Of a stretch of DNA of 64,000 bases, positions 26,103 to 38,537 are shown one piece after another. The first letter of the stretch is position 1. Every line of letters starts with the position of its first letter. The stretch comes from Callorhinchus milii (taxonomy: Eukaryota): assembly GCF_018977255.1 (NCBI RefSeq), contig NW_024704742.1, positions 22,756,001 through 22,820,000 on the forward strand. The letters run 5' to 3'. The position numbers were made by a program, and so were the translations under genes. The notes below the pieces were generated by a model. The model did not search any database and was not told where the DNA came from. It was given only the letters and a program-made list of their open reading frames with translations.

Positions 26103-26483
26103 TAACAACAACAAATTATATTTGTACAGCGTCTTTCGTGTCGGGAGGACGTCCCAAGACAACAGACGGGGATTTTGACCCGAGCAGGGGGTTGGGATCA
26201 GGAGGGGCGGAGGGCCGGGAGGGTAGTGGTAGGAGGGTGACTGAAGGGGCGATCAAAGAGGAGGGTCTTGAGACAGGCCTTGAAGGAGGCAAGCGAGGGA
26301 GCCAGATGAAGGGAATGTGGGATGGAGTTCCAAAGGATGGAGGCAGAGAGGCTGAAAGCCCAACTGCCGATGGTGGGGTGGGCCGGGCGGGGGACGTAGA
26401 GCAGGCTGGAGCCTGCTGAGTGGAGGGAGTGGACAGGTCGATATGGAGTTATAAGGTCACAGAGGTATGAAAGAGCAAGACTG
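26103..26483 (-). mobile_element. L2 LINE 3' fragment
   Basis: Reverse complement of the family seen at 23455; (CAA)n tail. Confidence 0.82.
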
Positions 26484-27602
26484 TGCTCAAATAACCTTCA
26501 CATTTCCTGTGATATATTGGTTGAAAATAACCTCCATATGTATTCTCAGTATTTATATAATATATATTTATGTATTACTTTTGCCCAACAGAAATGCATC
26601 TGATTTTCTGATATGAGAAACAGAGAAAAGACAGTTTTGACTTCTTGCGGCAAAACTTATCTCCATGGGGAAAAGTCAGTAAGTCTGACTCAGTTGGTAA
26701 CATTCGGTTGAAAATCCACACTGGGGTTTTGAGCTTGCAGTGTAGACTGACAGTGCTGTGCTTGGGGAAGCACTACATTGCTGAAGGTGCTGTTCTTCAG
26801 AAGAGGCATTAACCTGACGTCTTGTTTGCCTACAAATACACAGTCTCCATACTTTAAAGCAATTCTCTGTAAAATACTTTGGCTTAGTAAATATGCTACA
26901 TCAAAGGCAAGGATTATTACTATTAGTGGTCAGTGCCACGGTGAGTGTAGTGTCATGAACTGGTGCTGGCAGTCGCTGGGATAATCCTCAATAAACAATC
27001 GTCGAGAAACTGAGTGAAAGGATTTGTACTTTAATGAGTGATTTTTGTACCATAAACTCAAATCTTGCAAATATCCCTGAATGTTCAGCGCCTTGGACGT
27101 CCTCCCGACATGAAAGGCGCTTTACCAATGTAATTTTATATTGTATTTTGTATTGTCTCAGTTTTAAAATTATTGGTACATGAATTTATTTGGAACACCA
27201 GTACTTTCTAAATAATGATGGTCATACAAATAAGTATAGGGTTCCAACTGCAAGACAGCTTTGAAAATGTTTGTAAGAAAGTGACCAGACATACAAGAGG
27301 CACACAAAATGATAAATATTCATTTTGGCTTCCATTTGAAGGAAAATTATTAAAAATATCCATTTTACAAACGCTTGCTATACGTATCATTTCCCTGGAA
27401 AGAGATTTTTGGCTGCCAACCAAGAATACCATTGACATTTCAGCACAAAAGGTCATTCTGCCCATTAAGCTTAACATGATGTTGGCTCATTCACTAACTA
27501 CTCAAATTTAAATTCCCTGCTATTTGCCCATACCCTGTTAATATTCTTCCTCTTCAAATGTTATGGTTTCTGTTTCAAATGCCATTTGTGGCAAGGCATT
27601 TC

Positions 27603-27826
27603 TGGGTAGAAATTGCACCTGGGTCGAGATTTACTCTATTTATGTAGCATTTTAGAGCATACAGAATTTGGCAATGCCTCAACCTTGAAGTGGATTTCTG
27701 TCATTAAAAGAACTTCTAGAAGACCAGCTTCAAAATTAATACTGCATTTAATAATTTGTCAAATTCTGGATACTCTGAAATCCTGCATCAACAGAATGAA
27801 TCTATACTCGCATGGAATTTCTCCCA
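27603..27826. mobile_element. Palindromic MITE, second copy of the 38311 family
   Basis: tgggtagaaatt...cagaatttggc...caaattctggat...ggaatttctccca. Confidence 0.65.
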
Positions 27827-28371
27827 TTCATGTTCCAATAATACTCCATGAAAAAGTTTCTTTGAACCTCCCTTTTAGCTCTCCCAATGTCAATTCTGAG
27901 ATGATGCCCCTTGTTACTCATTTATCAAACTATGGGAATCATAATTAATATTATTAATGTAATTAATATAATCATATCAATATAGGGATACTAGCCCCAT
28001 TAAAAAATAAAAAATAAATAAATAAGCAAGCAAACAAACAGACAAATAAATAATAATTTGGTCATTCAATCCACAACTGTTTATGGTATAATACTGTGCG
28101 AAATTGGCTGCCACGTTTCGCCCACAAAATATACAGTCAATTCACTTTACAATATATTCTGTGAAGTACTTTGGGACATTTTGAAGATGTTATAAGGTGC
28201 TATATCAAATGCAAGGATTATTATAATTCAGTATTTATCCTCTAAAAACCTTTCTGAATTTTGAAGACCTTCATTAGTTCCCCTCTAAACCTTCTCTGTT
28301 CCAGTGAGAATTTTTTTAATGAGATTTTATCAAAATTTTAGACTTTGCCAGGTTTCACAGTATCATCTGTA

Positions 28372-28672
28372 GAGTCCTGTAGCTTAGTGGTTAGAGCACT
28401 CGCCTGGCAAGCAAGACACCTGGGTTCAATTCCAGGCAGGGTGAAATCTTGGGTAAGTTTCCTTACTCCACACGCCTAATAATAATCCCTCCAAAACAAA
28501 ACAATAATAAATTGGTCCTGTTCAATCCACAACTGTTTGTGGGACATTGCTGTGTGCTGCGTTTCGCCCACAAATACACGGTCAATTCACTTTACAGTAT
28601 ATTCTGTGAAGCGCTTTGAGACATCTATAAGATGTGAAAAGCGCTGTATCAAATGCAAGGATTATTATTATT
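28372..28672 (+). mobile_element. tRNA-derived SINE, intermediate type (short core like A, 3' hairpin like B); a 3' fragment lies upstream at ~28055-28225
   Basis: Lacks the B segment (ccacacgcctaataataatccc) but ends tttgagacatctataagatgtgaaaagcgct. Confidence 0.85.
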
Positions 28673-28752
28673 AAATGTAACATACCTTTCTATAAAACTC
28701 AGATTCTGAATTGCCTTTTTATGACCCTTTCCGCCTGCACTCCTATCTTTAA

Positions 28753-28867
28753 AGATCAGTGTATTTTACACTTCGACATCAATAAAGAAGGGCCATATTA
28801 ATCAGGTTATTATAGATCAATGTATTTTGCACTCCGCCCTCAATAAAAAAGGCCTGTATTATTCAGT
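28753..28867 (+). repeat. Diverged tandem duplication, period about 61 bp
   Basis: agatcagtgtattttacacttcgacatcaataaagaagggccatattaatcag versus agatcaatgtattttgcactccgccctcaataaaaaaggcctgtattattcag. Confidence 0.75.
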
Positions 28868-29344
28868 ACTCTGTTCATTTTTCCAAAGCACGTGACTTCT
28901 CACCATTAAGCTGCATCTGGCAGCTGTTTGCCATTTTGTTAAGCAACGAGCATGCCTCTGTTTCTCCTACACCAAGTGTCTATATTGCTTCTCTCCTTTT
29001 AGAATTCTGCCATTGCTCCATTGCTTCCAAACATTATCTGCTCCACATCTGGATTAAACCCACATTTTGCGGTCAATTGCCTCACTCACAAACATGAAAA
29101 ATATTCATTGTTGAAAATAACTCCTTGTTGACCATGATGATTTTCTCACATCCAGCGGTGGAGACATTTCAGGCAAGTGCACAATCTCATCAGCATCAAT
29201 TCAGGAAATTTGTTAAAGTGCCTTTGCGCATGGACAGCTTTTTCTGTTGTGAAAGTGTTTGAATATATATTGTATGAAGCTGAAGCGTTCTGTCTGATTG
29301 CTTCAATGAAAAGAAACCAGAGGAAATAAAGATAGCCGATATCT

Positions 29345-29832
29345 AACAACAACAACAAAATTACATTTATAGAGCGCCTTTCACGCCGGGAGGACGTCCA
29401 AAGGCGCTGGACAGTCAGGGGTCAGGAACCGAGCATGGGGGAGGGTTGAGGGAAGACAGAGAGGTGCGAGGGCGACTGAAGGCACGATCGAAGAGGAGGA
29501 TCTTGAGACCGGCCTTGAAGGAGGCAAGGGAGGAAGCGAGGTGAAGGGACCGTGGGATGGAGTTCCAGAATGTGGGGACAGAGAGGCTGAAAGCCTGGCT
29601 AACGATGGTAGGGCGGGTCAGGCGAGAGACATGGAGTAGGCCAGAGCCCGCTGAACAGAGGGAGCGGGTAGCTTGGTAGGGAGTCAGCAGGTCAGAGAGA
29701 TAGGAGGGAGCAAGGCCATGGATGGCCTTAAACGTGAGGATGAAGATCTTGAATTCGATCCTCTGGGGGATGGGGAGCCAGTGGAGTCGGGTGAGGGTGG
29801 GAGTGATGGGGTCACGGAGCCTGGTGCGTGAG
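29345..29832 (-). mobile_element. L2 LINE 3' fragment
   Basis: (CAA)n tail, agcgcctttcacgccgggaggacgtccaaaggcgct hairpin, LHWLP and RIQFKIF remnants on the minus strand. Confidence 0.85.
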
Positions 29833-31899
29833 AATACACAGTATAGTGATCTAACAGTGTGCGATGAATTGTTTTATAGCAATAATCTATTTGGCTCACT
29901 TTTTTGGCTTTACCCCTTTTCTCTGCTCCTCTCCTGAACGGATGGGACATTACGCATTCTGTAGTACTGTTTAATTGATATCAGAAGATATACAGTCACT
30001 CCATTCAAGTGGCCAGCTTCCATATGTGAGCCTAGGCATTGAGTTTTGGTGTTTATCCCGCAATTCCTCTGCCTCACCTGCAGTTCGTCTCATGCTGTCA
30101 TCTTCACCTTGCATTCACAAACATCGGGGTAACTGAATAGTGATCTGGAGCAAGAGCACTGGTTGACATTTCTCCTCCTAAAGCCAAATTAGTGGCTCCA
30201 AGAATATGCATTCTGAGATAATGGAACTCAACGCAGTCTATCAAACCTTTGACTTTTCTGGTATGCAAGACTCAAAAATGCCTCAGACAGTTTACTTGCA
30301 CTGCAAAATCGGGGAATCCCCTTTAGAGAGAAAGAACTTGCAGTTTAAATGGTCTTATCACTGAAATGCCCCCTCCTTTCCCCCTTGCTGTAATGAAGAG
30401 TCAGCCTGGAACATGAGTTTGAATCCTAATGTGTTTTGAGAACTATTGGTTACGGCTCCAAAGAAGGATGAAGAACACATCTACAAATTCATACCTCCAT
30501 ATGTTTTCTAAACCAGATGAAAGTCAAGCAGTTGCTATGGGAAAAGAGTTATTTTCTCTGCGAAGCTAAAGAGAGATTCCCAGTGAGAACAAGAAAAAAA
30601 TACTGTGTCATATCATGTACAATCGTCTCACAGGGTTACAAACAGTGGGTTTGTAGTGATTGTCACTGTGAAGGTAAATACTGTGCTAGCAACAAACAGC
30701 AATGAGATGAATATTACCCATTTTTGGATGGAGTATATAATTTTTTTGCTCAATTTCTTGTCTCAAAACCTTTCTCTCTGACTGTGCCTTCGGTGAACCT
30801 CTTACCTCCACCCTCCCTGCCCTCCACCCCTCCTGATCCCAAACCCCAGCTCAGGTGCACATCCTTGACTTCCCAGCACTTTGGGACGTCCTCCCAACAT
30901 GAAGCACTATCTAAGTGTGATATGTTGTTCTTTCCAAAGTAGATCTGTGGGATCTTTAACATCCACCAGGTCAGCCACATGGAACCTTTGTTTTGAAGGA
31001 CAGATTCCCAGTGGTGTAGGTTGAGATAGAGACATTACTGCACATCTACCATCCGTAACATCTGTTTTTCACCTATTTGATGTCTCCGTGAAATTATTTG
31101 CACAAGCTGGGAAAAAACGTAACAAATGTCCTGATATGATAATTTTCACATGGAGCTCAGTATAAAAGGAACAAATATTGATGTTCATGGGGAGTGGGTG
31201 TTATTGATTCCCTTTTGTTTGCAATGTTTGCACCTGGAGCTGGACTGCGGTACATCTGTATTGTAGCTAATTGTCAGTGAACTGCGAGTGATGAACGTCA
31301 ATCGTCTCATTAGTAAGTGAGAATGTTTATATCTCACCAGAAGGTAAACTAGTCAATGAAAGACAGCAAAGCAATGTGCCAGGATAGAAATACCAAGGTC
31401 ACAGATATTCTATAGGGGAGATTTGGTTCACTACCAAAGGGAAGATGCTGGTTCTGCAGTAGACAGGAGACTTACTATCCCAATAACCTCCTGGAGAACA
31501 AAGCCAAGTGACTGGGTATATCAGGCACAGTTAGAAAGTCCAATGTGTCAGGTGAACATGAAATAGTTCTGCAATGGCCGTCTCAAGAATGAATCTGAAC
31601 CCAAGTAATTGCCCCTTATTTCCACATGGCAGAGTTGAGGTATTTTTTTTGCTGCCTAGGATCCTCAAAAGCAAGCCTCACTGGATATGAAACCATCCAT
31701 CTGAAATATCATCTAAACAGGTGCCGCAAAACCAAAAAATATTGTTTAATAGCTTACCTACTCCTTCTAAAAAGGAGAAATCTACAGGGGATAATAATAA
31801 TAATCCTTGCATTTGATATAACGCTTTTTACATCTTCTAAACATCTCAAAGGGCTTCACAGAATAGACTGTAAAGTGAATTGACAGTATATTTGTTGGT

Positions 31900-32213
31900 G
31901 GAGTCCTGTAGCTCAGTGGTTAGAGCACTCGCTTTGCAAGCAAGAGACCTGAGTTCAATTCCAGGCAGGGCGAAACCTTGGGCAAGTTTCCTTACTCCAC
32001 ACAGAGCATAATAATAATCCCTCCAAAACCAAAAACAATAATAAATTGGTCATTTTCAATCTTCGACCGGTTGTGGAACATTGCTGTGCGCAATTGGCTG
32101 CCGCGTTCGCCCACAAATATACAGTCAATTCACTTTACAGTGTGTTCTGTGAAGCGCTTTGGGATGTCCTCCCGACGTGAAAAACGCTATTTCAAATGCA
32201 AGGATTATTATTA
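31900..32213 (+). mobile_element. tRNA-derived SINE, subfamily A, nested inside an older antisense SINE
   Basis: ggagtcctgtagctcagtggttagagc...ggattattatta, flanked by two halves of a minus-strand copy (31791-31899 and 32214-32387). Confidence 0.9.
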
Positions 32214-35200
32214 TAAATGCGGCAACCAATTGCGCACAGCAGTGTCCCACAAACAATCGTGGATTGAAATGACCAATTTATTATTGTTTTTTTTTGAGGG
32301 ATTATCATCAGGTATGTGGAGTAAGGGAACTTACCCAAGGTTTCACCCTGCCGGGAATCGAACCCAGGTCTCTCGCTTGCAAAGTGATGAGGAAAAAGCA
32401 GATGAAAAGGACTGAAAAGATTGCTCTCTAAAAGGACCAGCAAAGACATGATGGGCCAAATGGCATTCTTTTGTCCTGCAAATTACTATTGTCTCCCCAC
32501 GCACCCCCCTTAATATGAATGCAGATGCAATATTCCCAGAGTTAAGTTGACTTTCATCAATAAAATATCTATTAGGTTTTCAGGGGATTCCATTGTAGAC
32601 CTGAGGCAAATATGAAAGCAAATCACTTTAGATTAAATATTCCTATAGGTTTCACTCCCAACTTCAGAGACACATGAACTTTAATGCTTTAGCTCAGCTG
32701 AGACATTGCATCAGTAAGAATTATGTATGTTCCATCAAGCAGCATTTACCATGCAATAGCCTCTCAAGCTTTCTTGTTTGGCCGTGAAAAATAGACCCCT
32801 CAGAGATATATATTGATTCTGTGTGTTCTCTGTTTCCACAGGCTCATCTTGAACTGTTTGGAGAATCTACAATAGCTTGGGCTATAGAGTAGCAAGACGC
32901 AGTCACGTACTTCTGCACCTTTTGAAAGCATGCTAGGTTGCTGGTCCCTCATCAATTTCTAAGGTTGTCAATCAAATCACATCGAAAACTTCAGTCATTG
33001 TTTCATAATTTATAGCAGTCTGCATTGTAGCTCTAAAGAAGACTAACGTAGGTGTCAGCTTGTGTCAGCCTAGCTGACAAGGTGGCACTCTGGCCTCTGG
33101 ATTGGACTACTGAGACCACCACAGAGGGTGGCCTCGATTCCTACATTCCATTGTCAAACATGTCATCTTGGAGTCAGTTTGGCTTCAGGGAGTGCCCGCT
33201 TACCTCCCCCACAAAGGAGGATAGTCAGGAGTTGGTCATTTGACATCCGACACGTGCGGGTTTGAGCCCTCACAAGGTGGTTGGTAGGTACCCTGCAACA
33301 CGGCTGAGCATGGAATGCATGACAGCATTACCATCATCTTCCTGTCCACATCCCTTCCCATTGAACGATGGTTCCACCAGTTGGGAGTTGCAGAGCTTGA
33401 GCAGCAGCTACTTACTTCTCTGCAAGCGAATCAAGATGGATTTGAGGCACTGGCGCTGGATGGTGTGTTCACGAACTTGGACTCCAGGTAACAATTTCCA
33501 GCAGCTAATTTCACAAATTCAAACTCCATTGTTAACAACAGACTTCATCCTTAGCATTGTCGACACTTGGTAAAAACACAGCCATGGATCTCAACTTTCA
33601 CTAGTGTCTGACACTAATGCATTATTGCTGTTGTATTATCCTGAGGGTACAGTCCTGCATAAATCTTCCAAGATTTATCATACATTTGTCACCACTATTT
33701 TAATGTTGACCTGCCAAAAAGAGTAATAACCCACATAGTTCATGTTAAAAATAGTCTTCAATATGTTTGCAGGGAAACTGTACAACAAACAGGAGGGAAA
33801 TACAAACAATGATGCCTAAGTATTAAATTTGGCTTCCTGCGCAATAAAATTATTTATTTTTTAAAAATGTTTGCTGCGAAACAAATTTCACTGCAAAGAG
33901 AGATTGCTGTTTTACTGAGCTTCCTGCCAGAGGTCAGTGTGACTTTTGTTTGTCCTACTGGAGTTTCCGTCTGCCTAAATGTTGCTGTTGCTGTAATGGC
34001 TCCAAGCATTATGCAGGCCACAGCTGGAGTAAAAAGCGTTGCTGATGTTTCCGCAACCAGTGGCTCATAATTAAAAGCTCTTTCTTCACTGACTGCACGG
34101 ATGTTGTGGAAGACTTTGCCTCGTCTTGTGCCAGATGTGGGAGGATCTCTGGTCCTGATGCCATCGCTTCAGCTAGAGCTCCCGACAGAACAGTAAATTT
34201 GTTTTGCATCTGAATTTACTGATCAGTGATCAGTATTTCTCACCGATCGGTAAATTTGTATGTAGAACAACTGGAATCGTCCGATGTAGGCAGTGAGGGG
34301 GATCTTCAGATAAAGGAACAGCTTAACAGGCCATAGAGTTTGATATCAAGAGTGAAGCACCCCCTTAGCAAGATGACACCAGAATCTCTGAACCCTTATC
34401 TTATTGCTGGGCAGGAAATAAAAATACTATACGGACATTGGCAGGGCTCCTGACTAGTGGTAGTGTAAAAAAAATGCTCTTTGTTTCCTCGTATCTGAAC
34501 CGTGATTTTTCAATCTGCCCAAGGAATTTCAACTTAAATGAGCCAAAGTAGATATTACTATTGCAGTTTGCTTAAACTGGATAGGAAAACAAAATGACCT
34601 AGTTTAGATGTTAGACTCTTGACACAAAGTTTCTGACCACAGAGTTAATTCTGAACAGTCCTTGTGGTTTGAAGAAAGCTTTCGTAAAGCACGCACCAAT
34701 GCATTGTGGTAAACATCTGTGTAGCATCACGTGAGAAAATATAAAAGGAAATTTTAAGTTTGCAGAAATTATCTGGCAGCATCGCAGGTCATTTAAGAGC
34801 TGCGCAGTGTTTCCGATTTGTGGCTGTCAATGTAAAGGTAGAGAATCAGACACAGAACTCATGGGAACCTCATCACTGAGACTAGTTTCATGTCTGTCCA
34901 CCTGGATGGCAGCCAAGGATGCACCACAATTCCAACAACAAATGTCATTCTATAAATACTGTAGACACCATTGTAAATACCAAACTCACACCAAGAAAGA
35001 CAAGTCTGTCTCAGGCCAGGAGCCTAATTTGTCTTCTCTTCCTCTGCTTTAGGCCTCCCTTGGTGGTATGCGTACTACATTTGAAAGAGTGGCTGTCTAG
35101 TGAGCTGCACCCTTGTCTCTACCAACACCACTGATTTACTGCCCACCTGAAACTCTGGGATAGCAGCCTGATGGTCTCCAACTCCTCCTCCTTATGGGGA

Positions 35201-35257
35201 AGTGAGTGTTTCCTGAAGAATCGGGAGTTCATTCTGTATGTGAGTTTGTCCATCTGC

Positions 35258-35284
35258 CTGAGTGAGTGAGTGAGTGAGTGAGTG
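35258..35284 (+). repeat. (GAGT)n microsatellite
   Basis: tgagtgagtgagtgagtgagtgagtg. Confidence 0.85.
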
Positions 35285-36149
35285 TGACACACAGTAGTGT
35301 GTGAAATATGTGTGTTTGTGTACGTGGGTGAGCGAGAGACAGAGTTGAGGAAGCCCTTAACCTCAGCTCGTCATCTCTCCAAAGGCACAACTTAGGTCGA
35401 AAAAGTGCTGGTGCAATATACCTCCACTTCCTTCAGTTTGTGGCACAATGTACTGACAATCCTACATCTGATTTTTAAAAATTGAGTTGGGTTTAATCCT
35501 ATCAAGTTTTCTTAACTCAAAACCCAAGTCTCTCTCCCTTAAACTGGAATGGTTTTATTCCTCAAGTTGGGTTACAATATTGAACTGGTAAACTGAGACA
35601 CAATTTCTGATACCATGAATCAAACCTGCCAATGGAGATTAGACAGTAAAAGGTTCATAACAATATTGAAGGTTCCAAGCTTTTGAATTCACAAACTGAA
35701 CAAGGAACCTGTTGCTGGTTAGTCTGCACAACCAACTTTATATAACACAAAATTTTGTTTCAGCTTTACTTACCTGTTTGAACAGTCAGAGTTAAGTTTT
35801 ATTGAAGTCACAGTTATATAATTACACGAGAGGCAACCCACACGTTTAATATTGCTGAAGGCTTTCGTTGGCGATTTGAAAATTGTAATTTTTTTCAAAT
35901 GAAGGGATCAACAGAATTTGATACTTCTTCCCTAACAATATTTTCAGAACAAATGTAAGAATTACAGCCTATCTATATATAGATGTTGTACATTAAAACA
36001 GGTTATCAAATGCTCATACAAATCCAAACCCAATTTGAGCACTTAGGTTTGCAGAATTACAGCATCTTCAGTGGTAGATCATGCCTCTTTTTTACACAGC
36101 GATCTGATGACCTAAATATTCACAATTCAAAAGGGATAGAGTGAGTTAC

Positions 36150-36286
36150 CTTCTACTGCTCTTTTGAAGAAAACTTTACAGCTGCCACAGGTAAGGACCC
36201 CATAGTGACATCCAGAGGCTTCGTCACTACAGACCAGGCAAACCTTTGAAGGACCTGAGGTCACCGATGAAGAGATGATAGAGGAG
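36150..36286 (-). CDS. nr3c2: Mineralocorticoid receptor, first zinc-finger exon (equivalent to human exon 3), 137 bp
   Basis: Manual reverse-complement translation: (c)[45 protein letters not shown](g). Has the GSCKV P-box of 3-ketosteroid receptors. Acceptor ttcttatttttcag, donor gtaact. Not in the ORF track. Confidence 0.95.
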
Positions 36287-38310
36287 CTGAAAAATAAGAA
36301 ATAACACTTCAGAACGACATAAAACTCAATTATGTGGACTCTCTCGAAAAATCATAACAAATAATGGGCAGAAATATTAGTGCCCAGATACACAAACCAG
36401 GAGGCATAGTTAATATAATAACATTTTAAATAATCAGAGTAAGGAATTCAAATTCACTAAAAACAAGGAGACTAACTGATAAACTAGTGAGAACCTCCCA
36501 CAAACTTCAGCCTCATGTTTTTAATTCATGATCATGAATGTTGGAGGTTGGTAATACTGAATAACGCAATACTATCTTTCATTACTGTGAAGAACTGATG
36601 TCTCTGTTATCTGCCACGGCATCTCAGTCCTGCTGAGAAGAAAGGAAACTTCACCGCACAGAGGCGGGTATATTCTTGACATTTTTCTGATGTGAATGCC
36701 AAGAAAAAAACTGCAAAAGTTTGCTTTGTTGAGGTTTCCAACATGAGGATTGAAATTAAGGTATACGAGCGTTGAAAGAGTTCAACAAGTTCAGCAAGCT
36801 GCAGCTCCTCAGTTCAGCAAGCTCCAGCTCATCCAAAACGGCTGGCCAATCTTTACCCATACAAAACTCACCATGTTGGGCCCTTCTTCAGCATGCTGTA
36901 GCGTGTTTTGGGCCAACACTTGACAGCCATAAATCAGTGGTGATACACCCGCAATGCAAAATTTGGAACTTACAGAGTAAACTAACACTGGTCACCCATC
37001 AATAAAGGCCAATTGAGGTTTTCACGGTGAAATTTTCAATGCCGAACAAAAAGGCCTATGGAAATTGGCTAGGTTCCAGGGTGTTATTTTACTCTCCAAA
37101 CTTGGTCATTAACTCTACGAATGTTTAATGGAATTAAACATGGAATTAATAGAATTTTTCCTCTCTGGTGGTTAGTACAAAAACTTGTTTCTCAGCAGAT
37201 TCTACAGCAGCCAAGAGGATCCAATGTGCACTGCTCTTTGCCAAGTGCAGGATATGTGTATGTGCAATGGGAAATCACTAATCATTCGTACACTTAGTGA
37301 AGAGCACATAATAATTAAACCATTTAAAAACCTGTGCCCCCCCCACCCCCACATATTGTTACACAGACTGTTTATTTTACCCAACACATCTCAGAATGTG
37401 GATGTGTCACATTGATCATTAGGTCAATACCTGATGTGTAAATACAGAATAGTGGTGAATGAGTGTGTGCTTCAGTGCCTCACAGAACAATGACCAAGTT
37501 AATCACACTTTCCAAGTCTAATGCCACACGTTAAGACATGATAGATTTCCTTCTATAACCAATTTTATCCATCATAGTGCTATGTAGATGAAGAATTAAG
37601 ATGAATAAATAACCAATCAAATTAAAGTCAGAATACACATTTCTTCATTCAAAGAAATCTAAATATATCTAAAACGTTCATTATTTTCAATATCAGATGT
37701 CCTCAATTTTGTCACCAGATTGTCAATGAAAAGAGCCTCATTTGGTTAAAGATTGGACTTTGCTGTCTTAATGGGCATCAATTGGTGTCATCCAACAATG
37801 GCATTGAAGATCCTGTTTAATGTACTGCACATACCCTCATTTACCATCATATAATCCTGGCTTGAATGGTTTCTAAATAGGTTTTTCTACCAAATGTTCC
37901 AGGATTCATTATAGAAACAATGAAAGTGGTGGACCTCAGCTAAACTCACGGATTTTGCAAAATACTTCCAATTGTTTGCCTGATACTTGAGGCAACCAAA
38001 CTGTTACAATTATCATTTTACGTTTTCAACACTGTGTGGGGTCGGCCTCCCAATTGGAATCATTATTTGGCATGGTATCGGCTGCTTCTAGACATGCTGA
38101 GTCGCTGTGGAATTACAACTCAGGTAAGGCAGCATGATTCCCCTCACCCAAACAATACAGCTTTACACAGTGACTAAGGTGCCACATGATATTTCTTTAT
38201 GGGTTACTGCTAGGTCATTTCCTTGTCTGGTATTACTTCCAAGCATAATCTGTCCATTGATAACGCACGAGGGAGAGATTAAACTGCACTAAACGGAAAT
38301 GCAAATGTAT

Positions 38311-38537
38311 GGGGAGAAATTCCATCTAGGTTTAGATTTACTGTCTGCCAATTTAGCACATCCAGAATTTGGCAAATTCTTCAATGCAGCCTTAATTTTG
38401 ATGTCATTTTTTCTCTAGGTTTCTTTTAAGAATTATAGAAAAACATCTTCAAAGTTAAGGCTCAATTCAACAATGTACCAAATTCTGGATTCTCCAAAAT
38501 TGGAGAGCAAGTCTAGACCCAGGTAGAAATTCTCCCC
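38311..38537. mobile_element. Palindromic MITE (~227 bp)
   Basis: ggggagaaatt...atccagaatttgg...gccttaattttga on the left pairs with tcaaagttaaggc...ccaaattctggat...aattctcccc on the right. Confidence 0.75.

Noticed and set aside
31900..31975. Possible true tRNA-Ala gene
   Set aside because: It continues directly into a SINE body and tail and has an imperfect T arm; it is a SINE head.
33895..34260. Possible degenerate palindromic element
   Set aside because: Only short, weak inverted matches; I could not define ends or find a second copy.
13682..36286. Assignment as glucocorticoid receptor (nr3c1) or progesterone receptor
   Set aside because: Zinc finger 1 is GR-like, but [29 protein letters not shown] and LSWRS favour MR.
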